From positions 35,692 through 99,691 of the forward strand of contig JAIPJF010000006.1 of the NCBI GenBank assembly GCA_021734325.1: DNA of 64,000 bases, given 5' to 3'. The notes beneath the pieces are model-generated. The model did not search any database. It saw only the letters and a program-made list of their open reading frames with translations, and had not been told where the DNA came from. This document shows, in pieces, positions 18,100 to 26,452 of the stretch. This DNA is from Fidelibacterota bacterium. Its GTDB lineage: Bacteria; Fidelibacterota; UBA8477; JABMPR01. Each line of letters opens with the position of its first letter. The first letter of the stretch is position 1. The translations under genes and the position numbers were made by a program.

Positions 18100-18110
18100 G
18101 TCAAAAAACA

Positions 18111-18140
18111 TTTCGTAACTTTCGTTCGCTTCGTTGTAAA
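18111..18140 (-). repeat. Solo copy of REP-like motif A
   Basis: Reverse complement TTTACAACGAAGCGAACGAAAGTTACGAAA compared with TTTACAACGAAGTTAGCGAAAGCTACG at 12477. Confidence 0.6.
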
Positions 18141-18153
18141 GCGGTGCTCAAAC

Positions 18154-18738
18154 CTACAATAAATTGCTCCAGGCAGAATGGATCATCTCAATAGCCAGGG
18201 CAACCAGCAGCAAGCCCATGATCCGGCTCATAATCTCCAGACCCTGTTCACCGATAAAACGCTTGATATATCGGGCATAGTACATGGCTGCCCAGAAGAT
18301 GAACAGGTTCAACAACATGGCGATGAGTGGAATCCAGTATCCGTGCTGGGCGACCAGCAAGATGATCGCAGTAATGGCACCGGGTCCGGCGATCAGGGGT
18401 GTCGCCATGGGAATAACAATGTCTTTTGTGTAGTCCTTATCGTCCCCAAGGGTGATATCCAGCACATAGAGAAGCCCAATGAGCAGCAGGATCAATCCAC
18501 CTCCCACCTGAAAAGAGAAGAGTGAGATCGCAAAGAATTTTAATATCCCTTCACCGATAAAAACAAAGATGGTGAGTAGAATGAGAGAAACCCGGGCAGC
18601 TCGATGAGCGCTGTACTTGGCTCTCTCCTCTGAATAATCCTTGGTCAGTGTCATAAATACCGGTAATCCCCCAAAGGGGTCCATAATGACCAGGAGCGTC
18701 ACAAAGGCATGCATAAATCCACTTATATCAAGCGTCAT
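18154..18738 (-). CDS. marC: MarC family integral membrane protein
   Basis: LLVIMDPFGGLPVF, FQVGGGLILL, PMATPLIAGPGAI, RIMGLLLVALAIE. Confidence 0.92.
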   Translation of the reverse strand: MTLDISGFMHAFVTLLVIMDPFGGLPVFMTLTKDYSEERAKYSAHRAARVSLILLTIFVFIGEGILKFFAISLFSFQVGGGLILLLIGLLYVLDITLGDDKDYTKDIVIPMATPLIAGPGAITAIILLVAQHGYWIPLIAMLLNLFIFWAAMYYARYIKRFIGEQGLEIMSRIMGLLLVALAIEMIHSAWSNLL

Positions 18739-18740
18739 AG

Positions 18741-19853
18741 CTATTTCTTCCAGGCTTTTTTAATGGCCTCTACGGCCAGCTTGATCATTAAAATGGGGAT
18801 CCCTACCTGAATTTGAGCTTCACCTAATTTATTAAGCAGGACAAAATTCAATTGGGAATTTGCCACCTTTTTATCCAGTCGGGTAATCTTTTCGATAGTG
18901 GCCGGATCCAGACTATCCAAATTAAGCTTCATGGGTATTCGCTTGAGTAGCTCAGCGAGCTTTTCCCACTCAGACGAAGATAAATTCCCAACCTGGTTTG
19001 AAAGCCATCCGGCTGCATACATGCCCAGGATGACTGCCTCACCGTGACGAATTTCACCATACCCCAAACTGGTTTCAATCGCGTGGCCAATGGTATGACC
19101 AAAGTTCAAAATACGTCTCAGGTCAGATTCTTTCTCATCTGCTTCAACAACCTGGGCTTTCAAGGCGCAGCTTCTGGCAATGGCTTTTGTCAAATTTTCG
19201 TCTGGAATTCCCTCAATGAGAGCTTCCATATGGGTGGAAAGAAATTCCAGATATTCTGCATCCCGAATTGCCCCCATCTTAAACATCTCCCCATAGCCTG
19301 AGACTCGATCCCGTACAGCCAGACTTTTCAGGGTATCAATATCCATGAGCACCAGATCCGGTTGATAAAAGCTCCCGATCAGATTTTTTCCACTGCTATG
19401 GTTTACACCCGTTTTCCCACCAACAGAAGCATCCACCATAGCCAAAAGGGTTGTGGGAATATGGACAAGTTTAATTCCACGAAAAAGAATGCTCGCAACA
19501 AAACCACCCAGATCCGTGCTTACGCCACCGCCTAGAGTGACAATGGTCCCGCTCCGTTCCATACCCTGGGCTATCAATGCTGACAGGGCCTGTTCAACCG
19601 TGGCCAGGGTCTTGTAGGCTTCGCCATCTGGAATGAGTATGGTCCGGGTCACATAGTCTGCCGTTTGGAGGCTCGTCCGGAGAGTATCACCATAGAGATC
19701 ATTCACTTTTTTGTTGGTGATGATACCAATGGGTCCTGCAGCATTGATCTTTTGCAGAAATTCAGGCAGCCTGGGAAGGAGATCAGAACCAACCAGGCAA
19801 TCATACTTCCCGAGTTGATGTTTTAATTCAAGTCTTTGTATTTCAGGCATCAA
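18741..19853 (-). CDS. aroB: 3-dehydroquinate synthase
   Basis: DGEAYKT, LGGGVSTDLGGF, PTTLLAMVDASVGGKTG, KNLIGSF, LNFGHTIGHAIE. Confidence 0.96.
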   Translation of the reverse strand: MMPEIQRLELKHQLGKYDCLVGSDLLPRLPEFLQKINAAGPIGIITNKKVNDLYGDTLRTSLQTADYVTRTILIPDGEAYKTLATVEQALSALIAQGMERSGTIVTLGGGVSTDLGGFVASILFRGIKLVHIPTTLLAMVDASVGGKTGVNHSSGKNLIGSFYQPDLVLMDIDTLKSLAVRDRVSGYGEMFKMGAIRDAEYLEFLSTHMEALIEGIPDENLTKAIARSCALKAQVVEADEKESDLRRILNFGHTIGHAIETSLGYGEIRHGEAVILGMYAAGWLSNQVGNLSSSEWEKLAELLKRIPMKLNLDSLDPATIEKITRLDKKVANSQLNFVLLNKLGEAQIQVGIPILMIKLAVEAIKKAWKK

Positions 19854-20361
19854 TATCCTTTAATGCTTTCACGATATCCTCGACGACTTTTTCGGCGAGT
19901 TCCTGATCGGCGTTTATGCGTATCCTGGCAGATTTCTCATAGGCGTCCCGGCGCTGATTCAGAATTTTCCCAAGCTGGAGCAATGTATCTTTACATTCTG
20001 TGAGAAGGGGACGATCATCTGCATACTCCAGGCGTTTTGCCGCTGCTTCAGGTGAAATATCCAACCAGACAGTCAGTTCTTTCTTTAGATATTCAATATT
20101 CTCAGGACGAGTGACCACGCCACCACCGCAGGCTATAACGGTATGGGTCTGCTGGCTGGTCTCACTCAGGCTTTGGCTTTCAAAGATCCTGAATTCTGGT
20201 TCACCCAAATTCCCAAAGATGTCTGAGACGGACATGCCAGCGGTTTTCTCAATCTCCTGATCAAGATCCAGAAAATCCCATCCTAATCTTTTTGCCAACA
20301 ATTGCCCGCAGGTACTTTTCCCAGAACCCATCAAGCCAATCAGATAAATTCGTTCGATTAT
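19843..20361 (-). CDS. aroK: Shikimate kinase; start probably the non-canonical ATA at 20361
   Basis: IERIYLIGLMGSGKST (Walker A), DLDQEIE, GEPEFR, ACGGG, RPLL. The ORF-track TTG at 20334 omits the conserved first beta-strand. Confidence 0.92.
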   Translation of the reverse strand: MIERIYLIGLMGSGKSTCGQLLAKRLGWDFLDLDQEIEKTAGMSVSDIFGNLGEPEFRIFESQSLSETSQQTHTVIACGGGVVTRPENIEYLKKELTVWLDISPEAAAKRLEYADDRPLLTECKDTLLQLGKILNQRRDAYEKSARIRINADQELAEKVVEDIVKALKDIDA

Positions 20362-21515
20362 CGTACCCCACTTGCTGCAAGATGAGCCTTGATCTGCTCC
20401 AGTGAATCCCCGCCGAATTTTTCCAGCATGGCATCAGCTAACACCAAAGCCAACATGGCCTCGCCAATGACAGAGGCCGCAGGCACGGCACAGGCATCTG
20501 TTCGCTCCTTATGGGCAGACCCGGGCTCTTCCGTCTTAATATCGACAGATCGCAGGGGGCGCGCCAGGGTGGGAATCGGTTTCATACCTACCTGAACACG
20601 AATCACCTCACCATTGGACATGCCACCCTCAATTCCGCCGGCATGATTGGTGGCGCGTCTAATTTTGCCAGCTTCTTTTATAATCTCATCGTGGACCTGG
20701 GAACCAGATGCTTCAGCGACATCAGCACCATCACCAATGCCTACAGATTTCATGGCATTAATGGACATCATGGCGGCAGCAATTCTGGTGCTCAGCTTAC
20801 GGTCCCAATGCGTATAGGACCCCAGCCCAACGGGAACACCTGAGGCTAGGACTTCAAAAGAACCGCCAATGGAATCCCCGGCCTTTCGATAAACATCGAT
20901 ATGATCGATCATTCTGGATTCACACACTTTGTCAAGACATCGAACAGGTGAATCATCTGCCAGTTGATTGATTTCAGTCAGATTTGAGCCGATTGTGGCC
21001 TGGGTTTTTTCTGGTCCAATCTGGGTCACATGACTGGCTATCTCAACACCCAACTCCCTAAGGAATTTTCTGCAGATAGCCCCCAGAGCGACTCTCATGG
21101 CGGTCTCGCGGGCAGACGAACGTTCCAGAACATTTCTGATATCTGAAAAGCCGTATTTTAGGACTCCGGCAAGATCTGCATGCCCAGGTCTTGGCAGGGT
21201 CACTTCAGGTACTGGCCCCTTGGGTAGTTCATGGGACATCTTGTCAATTTTCCAATTTTCCCAATCACGATTCTCAATCCAGAGGGCGATGGGAGAACCC
21301 AGGGTTTGACCATGACGAAGCCCGCTAAGAATCTCGGCGTGATCGGTTTCGATCTTCATGCGACCACCACGACCATGGCCCTGTTGTCTTCTTTTCAGAT
21401 CAATGGCCAGATCGGCTTCGGAGAGAGGGATACCGGCTGGAAGTCCTTCCAGAATTCCTGAGAGACCTTTACCGTGCGACTCGCCTGCTGTTAAAAATTT
21501 TAATTTACCCAACAT
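20358..21515 (-). CDS. aroC: Chorismate synthase
   Basis: TAGESHG, RRQQGHGRG, PRPGHAD, RSSARETA, NHAGGIEGGMSNG, MKPIPT, ERTD. Confidence 0.97.
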   Translation of the reverse strand: MLGKLKFLTAGESHGKGLSGILEGLPAGIPLSEADLAIDLKRRQQGHGRGGRMKIETDHAEILSGLRHGQTLGSPIALWIENRDWENWKIDKMSHELPKGPVPEVTLPRPGHADLAGVLKYGFSDIRNVLERSSARETAMRVALGAICRKFLRELGVEIASHVTQIGPEKTQATIGSNLTEINQLADDSPVRCLDKVCESRMIDHIDVYRKAGDSIGGSFEVLASGVPVGLGSYTHWDRKLSTRIAAAMMSINAMKSVGIGDGADVAEASGSQVHDEIIKEAGKIRRATNHAGGIEGGMSNGEVIRVQVGMKPIPTLARPLRSVDIKTEEPGSAHKERTDACAVPAASVIGEAMLALVLADAMLEKFGGDSLEQIKAHLAASGVR

Positions 21516-21528
21516 ATTTTATCCTATA

Positions 21529-22398
21529 TCACTCGAATTTCCGTTTAAAGCCGGTGATCTTGTTATGGACTGCTTCTCGCATTTCGTTCATTTTAATCCG
21601 ACCCCAGTCCTGGGGTCCAAACCAGATATCTACAGAAGCCATGGCCTGATATAAATACATGTCCAATCCGGAAACGGTCTGGCAATCGGAGAAGATCGCC
21701 TCGGACAACAATCTTGTGTTCAAGGGATTGAATATTGTATCCACAACAACATCGAGCGACTCCAGGATATCTCCGTCGATGGGTGTTTCCCGGTGTGCAG
21801 GCTTCATGCCAATAGGGGTACAATTCACCAGACAATAAGCATCTTCAATCGGTTTAACAGCACTTTCATCCCAGGCGCAACCCACCAATTTCATCCCTTC
21901 AGCGGCTCCTGCCAACTCTTTGATCAAGGTCTTTGCACGCGCTGGATCACGGGCGATGATGGTTGTCTGTTTTGCACCAATGCGAGCCAGGCCAAAAGTG
22001 ATCGCCCGGGCAGCACCGCCACTTCCAAGAACAACAACTCTTTTGCCAGAAAGATCTACCTTGGCTGCTTCAAGCGATTTGACAAACCCATACCAGTCCG
22101 TGTTGTATCCTGTCAGGCTCCCATCCTTCTGCCGACGAACGCAATTAACGGCACCAATGGGAGCTGTCCTGTCATTGATCTCATTGAGAAAAGGAATAAT
22201 ACGGGACTTATGGGGAATGGTCACATTAAAACCATCCAGTTTTTTTGCAGTCGGGAGTCCCAGCCAATGTTCCAGACCATCCGCTGGGACTTTGATCTTC
22301 TTGTATTCAGCTTCCAGGGCCAATTTTTCATAAATCCATTCATGCATGAAGTCACTCACGCTCTGTTTGATTGGATCACCAATAACTGCTAATTTCAT
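21529..22398 (-). CDS. aroE: Shikimate dehydrogenase
   Basis: GFNVTIPHK, GAVN, GYNTDWYGF, LGSGGAAR, NCTPIGM, SGLDMYLYQA; 289 aa with no DHQase domain. Confidence 0.95.
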   Translation of the reverse strand: MKLAVIGDPIKQSVSDFMHEWIYEKLALEAEYKKIKVPADGLEHWLGLPTAKKLDGFNVTIPHKSRIIPFLNEINDRTAPIGAVNCVRRQKDGSLTGYNTDWYGFVKSLEAAKVDLSGKRVVVLGSGGAARAITFGLARIGAKQTTIIARDPARAKTLIKELAGAAEGMKLVGCAWDESAVKPIEDAYCLVNCTPIGMKPAHRETPIDGDILESLDVVVDTIFNPLNTRLLSEAIFSDCQTVSGLDMYLYQAMASVDIWFGPQDWGRIKMNEMREAVHNKITGFKRKFE

Positions 22399-22442
22399 TC
22401 TTTACTCCTTTTACCCTGCGTAAAACCTTCGCAGGGCTATCA

Positions 22443-23702
22443 CTAACTCGAAAGTGCCCTTAATTCTGAGAAGAACCCTGGATGGGAAATATCCACACAG
22501 TCTGGGTTGTCAAAAACAGCCGGCAGCTTGCTGACCAGACTTGCGACTGCCATACTCATGGCGATGCGATGGTCATCAAAGGTCTTGACCAGTCCCCCTT
22601 TTAAAATTGTGGGACCTTCAATACTGAAACCATCCGGTCGCTCAAAAATTTTTGCTCCCCATGCACCCATGTTTGTGACAACGGAATTTATACGATCAGA
22701 TTCCTTAACCCTAAGTTCTTCAGCTCCTCTTACAATGGTCTCACCTTCAGCCTGTGTGGCCAGAAGGGCTATCAATGGGAGCTCGTCGATCTGATTTGGT
22801 ATTTCTTCGGGATGAATGGTGACGCCCTTCAATTTTGAATAAGAGACACGCAGATCTGAGACTGCCTCACCGTGGTGCTCCACTTGATTGACAACATCAA
22901 TCTTCGCACCCATTTCCAAAACCGTACTTAAAAAAGCCGTCCGGGTTGGGTTCATACCCACATTTCTTATAATAAGTTCAGAATCAGGTACCAGTAATGC
23001 CCCGGCAATAAAGAAAGCGGCGGCAGAGAAATCTCCAGGCACAACAAAATCGATGGCATGTAAAGGCTTTGTAAGGGTTGAGATACTGACCGTTTTACCA
23101 TCAATTTTCACCTTGGCCCCCATGGACCTTAACAATTGTTCGGTATGATCGCGACTAAAAGCTGGTGATTTTACGGACGTGACCCCTTTCGCATGCAAAC
23201 CAGCCAGAAGAATGGCGGATTTTACCTGGGCACTGGCATAGGGAAGCTTATAGTCCAGAGCCCACAAATCTCTCCCGCTGAGCATAACCGGTAAATATCT
23301 TCTATCCCTGGCAGAAACATTGGCACCCATTTGCTGGAGCGGTCGAAAGACACGGTCCATGGGTCGCTTGCTGAGGGAAGGATCTCCGACGAATTGAACG
23401 TGAATGGGGTGAGCAGCCAACAGGCCCATCATCAAGCGAGCCGTCGTGCCTGAATTTCCACAATTCAATGGATGCTCAGGTTGTTTAAAGGGTCGTAATC
23501 CGCCACCTTGAACATGCACGGCACCTGGCTTGTCCTCAATTTTAATGCCACAGTTACGTAGAGCTTCTTTTGTGGTACTTACATCGGCACCGGGGTTCAG
23601 ATTCTCAATTCTGCTGAGTCCATCTCCAAGAGCAGTGAACATGAGCGCCCGGTGGCTAATGGATTTATCACCCGGTAATGTGATCTCACCTTGTATCGCC
23701 AT
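22443..23702 (-). CDS. aroA: 3-phosphoshikimate 1-carboxyvinyltransferase (EPSP synthase)
   Basis: PGDKSISHRA, GNSGTTAR, LSKRPM, SAQVKSA, RDHTE, ELRVKESDRI, DDHRIAM. Confidence 0.97.
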   Translation of the reverse strand: MAIQGEITLPGDKSISHRALMFTALGDGLSRIENLNPGADVSTTKEALRNCGIKIEDKPGAVHVQGGGLRPFKQPEHPLNCGNSGTTARLMMGLLAAHPIHVQFVGDPSLSKRPMDRVFRPLQQMGANVSARDRRYLPVMLSGRDLWALDYKLPYASAQVKSAILLAGLHAKGVTSVKSPAFSRDHTEQLLRSMGAKVKIDGKTVSISTLTKPLHAIDFVVPGDFSAAAFFIAGALLVPDSELIIRNVGMNPTRTAFLSTVLEMGAKIDVVNQVEHHGEAVSDLRVSYSKLKGVTIHPEEIPNQIDELPLIALLATQAEGETIVRGAEELRVKESDRINSVVTNMGAWGAKIFERPDGFSIEGPTILKGGLVKTFDDHRIAMSMAVASLVSKLPAVFDNPDCVDISHPGFFSELRALSS

Positions 23703-23719
23703 GTTGATGTCCTTTTTGT

Positions 23720-24736
23720 TTAAGCCAAATCTTTGCCCACTGCTTTTGCCACCATGCGGATGCGGTCAACCAGATCCTTGAAATCCTCTGGGAGCAGTTG
23801 CTGGGGACCGTCACTCAGTGCGACTTCGGGATTGGGATGTACTTCAACCATGACACCCTGAGCACCGGCAGCAACACCGGCAAGGGACAGAGGAATAACC
23901 TTATGCCTTTTACCGGCTGCATGACTGGGGTCAACGATCACGGGTAGATGTGACAAACGCTGGAAAGCTGGGATTGCACTTACATCGAGGGTATTCCTGG
24001 TATGATCCACGAAAGTCCGGATTCCCCTTTCGCAGAGAACGACCTGATTGTTTCCTTCATTCAGGATGTATTCTGCTGCCAGGATGGTTTCCTTGACAGT
24101 GGCTGACATACCCCGCTTTAACAGGATGGGTAAATTGGTCCTTGCTGCTTCTTTCAAGAGGGTGAAGTTCTGCATGTTCCGGGTACCGATCTGAAGCATG
24201 TCTGTGTGCTCTGCCGTAATGGTCAAGACCTCAGTATCGGTGACTTCAACAACTGTTGGCAGCCCAACTTCTTTTCCAACCTGTTGGATAATTTTTAAGC
24301 CTTCGACACCAAGACCCTGAAATGAATAGGGCGATGTTCTGGGTTTGAAAGCTCCTCCGCGCAACAGGTGACCACCAGCGGCTTTTACGGCCTCTGCCAC
24401 TATTTTGGTCTGTTCATAGGATTCAATGGAACAGGGACCGGCTATCACGGTAACATGGTTTCCCCCTATTCTGGCGGAGCCTATCCCGACGATGGTATCA
24501 ATGGGTTGCCATTCGCGGGAAGCAAGCTTGTAGGGTGTGCTAATTTCCAGAACATCTGAAACTTCGGGGAGTGTCTGGAGGTGCTGTTTCCCTCTTAGCG
24601 GTTTCGTTCCCAATACACCAATTACAGTTCGGGTCTTGCCCTCAACCAGATGGGAGGTATAGCTTAGTTTTTCGATCTCCAGTTGGACTCTATCGATAGA
24701 TGCTTGAGAAGCATTTATATTCATAATAACAATCAT
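23720..24736 (-). CDS. aroF: DAHP synthase (type I-beta) with N-terminal ferredoxin-like regulatory domain
   Basis: IAGPCSIE, RGGAFKPRTSPYSFQG, QIGTRNMQNF, LLKRG, CERGIR, DPSHA, VEVHP. Confidence 0.95.
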   Translation of the reverse strand: MIVIMNINASQASIDRVQLEIEKLSYTSHLVEGKTRTVIGVLGTKPLRGKQHLQTLPEVSDVLEISTPYKLASREWQPIDTIVGIGSARIGGNHVTVIAGPCSIESYEQTKIVAEAVKAAGGHLLRGGAFKPRTSPYSFQGLGVEGLKIIQQVGKEVGLPTVVEVTDTEVLTITAEHTDMLQIGTRNMQNFTLLKEAARTNLPILLKRGMSATVKETILAAEYILNEGNNQVVLCERGIRTFVDHTRNTLDVSAIPAFQRLSHLPVIVDPSHAAGKRHKVIPLSLAGVAAGAQGVMVEVHPNPEVALSDGPQQLLPEDFKDLVDRIRMVAKAVGKDLA

Positions 24737-24797
24737 TTGCGTACCTTGTCCTTTTTCAATGGCTTATAAGGTTTTCCATTCATTGTGTAATTGCAAC

Positions 24798-26114
24798 CTA
24801 AAAGGGTGCTGCGGTGCGTTCTACAACCAAAAATAATGTCTTATTGTCCTGGAGGTCCTGGATCCCAAACTCAGCGACATCCAGACCATATAGCTCGGCA
24901 GCCCGGGCCGGTGCTATCACAGCTGTGGTTCGGGAATATTCTCCTGCATGTAATTTTCTGGCAGCTTCAGCCGTATCCTCTGCCTCAATGGCGGGGACAT
25001 TCGGAAAGTTCTCAGTTAAAAATCTTGAGCATTGTTTCAAAGCCTGTGGATGGGATCTCACTTCACTTATCTGATCAATATCCAAACCAGGATGTGTGAT
25101 CAGGCACTGATTGACCTGAATATGAAACATGGACCTTACACTGCAGCGTGCTTTGGCAAGGGCATGGATACTTTCATGGACAACACCCCCCCGGGCATTT
25201 TCCATGGCAATGATCCCCCGATCAATCTCATACTTTGCCAGACTTTCCATCACTCCCCGACTGCTCAAACAGGGTTTGGCAATGATATCCTCAAGACCTT
25301 CGGCATCAATATAGGTTTGGGCTGCCTCCTCGGAGAAACTGCCCGGAATACCCTGATACCCGATAATATTTGGAGGCGCATCGGGGCTGAAGACCTTGGC
25401 TTTGACAGCATGCACAGAGCGGGAAAAATCTGTCAACATTTCCGGAGTATACGGATTGTAATACTGGAGATCATGAAATAATTCTTCTGTATCCTGGCAG
25501 GTCTCTTCCACAACATGATGGATTTGGCGAAATCCATGGGTATCAACCTCGGTGGGTTGAATTTTCATCCCTTTCATGACTCGGCCAACAAAATGGGTGA
25601 TACCCTGTGAACGGGCTGCCTGCCTATCATGTTCTTCCACGCTCAGTTCAATGATCCTGCAGCCCCATGATTCAAATAGCTTTTGCCAGAAGACGTTTGC
25701 CTGAGAATTGATTCTTGTTGGGCAGTAGACCAACCGAAGATCTGTATCCCTCTGATAAGAATCAGGACCAAACATGGGGTGAGTATTCAGGATCTGAACA
25801 GTTGGTGGGAGTTCCTCCATCATCCAGTTTCGTATACGGGTCTTGACGGAAGCAACATCGATAATGAGTTGATCGTCATGGGATAGGGGTGCAATGGTTT
25901 TTAGCAAGACCTCCAGGCGATTTATCGGAGCAGCAAGAAACACCGTTTCCTGAGCCATAACCGTCTGAATATCGCCCCACTCGAAGCCCTTTCCAGTAAT
26001 CTGATCTGTTAGGTCACGTTCATCGTTGATGACCAGCTGAAAATCTTTCCCCAACAATTCCGCCAGCAGGGCACCGAAGCGTCCATATCCAATGAGACCG
26101 ATTTTTTGTTTCAT
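24798..26114 (-). CDS. Prephenate/arogenate dehydrogenase fused to a prephenate dehydratase catalytic domain (no ACT, no chorismate mutase)
   Basis: N-terminal IGLIGYGRFG, DVASVK, HPMFGP, EEHD, SQGITHFVGR. C-terminal YQGIPGSFSEEAA, MENARGG, SHPQALKQC, DTAEAA, NKTLF. Confidence 0.88.
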   Translation of the reverse strand: MKQKIGLIGYGRFGALLAELLGKDFQLVINDERDLTDQITGKGFEWGDIQTVMAQETVFLAAPINRLEVLLKTIAPLSHDDQLIIDVASVKTRIRNWMMEELPPTVQILNTHPMFGPDSYQRDTDLRLVYCPTRINSQANVFWQKLFESWGCRIIELSVEEHDRQAARSQGITHFVGRVMKGMKIQPTEVDTHGFRQIHHVVEETCQDTEELFHDLQYYNPYTPEMLTDFSRSVHAVKAKVFSPDAPPNIIGYQGIPGSFSEEAAQTYIDAEGLEDIIAKPCLSSRGVMESLAKYEIDRGIIAMENARGGVVHESIHALAKARCSVRSMFHIQVNQCLITHPGLDIDQISEVRSHPQALKQCSRFLTENFPNVPAIEAEDTAEAARKLHAGEYSRTTAVIAPARAAELYGLDVAEFGIQDLQDNKTLFLVVERTAAPF

Positions 26115-26264
26115 TTTATCCCTCTACATAAACTTGTATAAATACTTGACTTCTTTTTCAGCAGCTCATCAAGCCGCCCGTTCCTTATTCCTTGCAGCGC
26201 AAACATGCTTTACCCGGTTTCGCTCCCTGCTACGTCGTTGTATCATCAAGCTGCGCTTGATGAT

Positions 26265-26292
26265 AAAAAAAACCCCCGTCAGTTGACGAGGG
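26265..26292 (-). terminator. Attenuator terminator of the aro operon leader
   Basis: Minus strand CCCTCGTC-AACT-GACGGGGG-TTTTTTTT. Confidence 0.88.
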
Positions 26293-26323
26293 TGATTATG
26301 TCTAAATAGCACGACCTAAACCA

Positions 26324-26368
26324 TCACCCTGATCTCGTAAAAAAATAATATGTATATTGCCAATTCAT
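26324..26368 (-). CDS. Aromatic amino acid operon leader peptide MNWQYTYYFFTRSG
   Basis: ATG AAT TGG CAA TAT ACA TAT TAT TTT TTT ACG AGA TCA GGG TGA; 6 of 14 residues are aromatic; directly upstream of the terminator/antiterminator. Confidence 0.88.
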   Translation of the reverse strand: MNWQYTYYFFTRSG

Positions 26369-26378
26369 TTACAGGATA

Positions 26379-26406
26379 AATATAGGTTCATGTTTTAGAG
26401 ATTCAA
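26379..26406 (-). promoter_or_regulatory. Probable sigma70 promoter of the aro leader
   Basis: TTGAAT-16 nt-TATATT, ending 10 nt before the leader ATG. Confidence 0.5.
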
Positions 26407-26452
26407 ACAGATTGAATTTTTATTTCATTGCTTATTGGGATCGGGATGCGAT

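Noticed and set aside
21793-22392. Long plus-strand ORFs opposite aroE, and similar antisense ORFs such as 45721-46341, 44092-44577, 55259-55753 and 28404-28871
   Set aside because: They lie antisense to well-conserved genes, with no motifs or RBS of their own.
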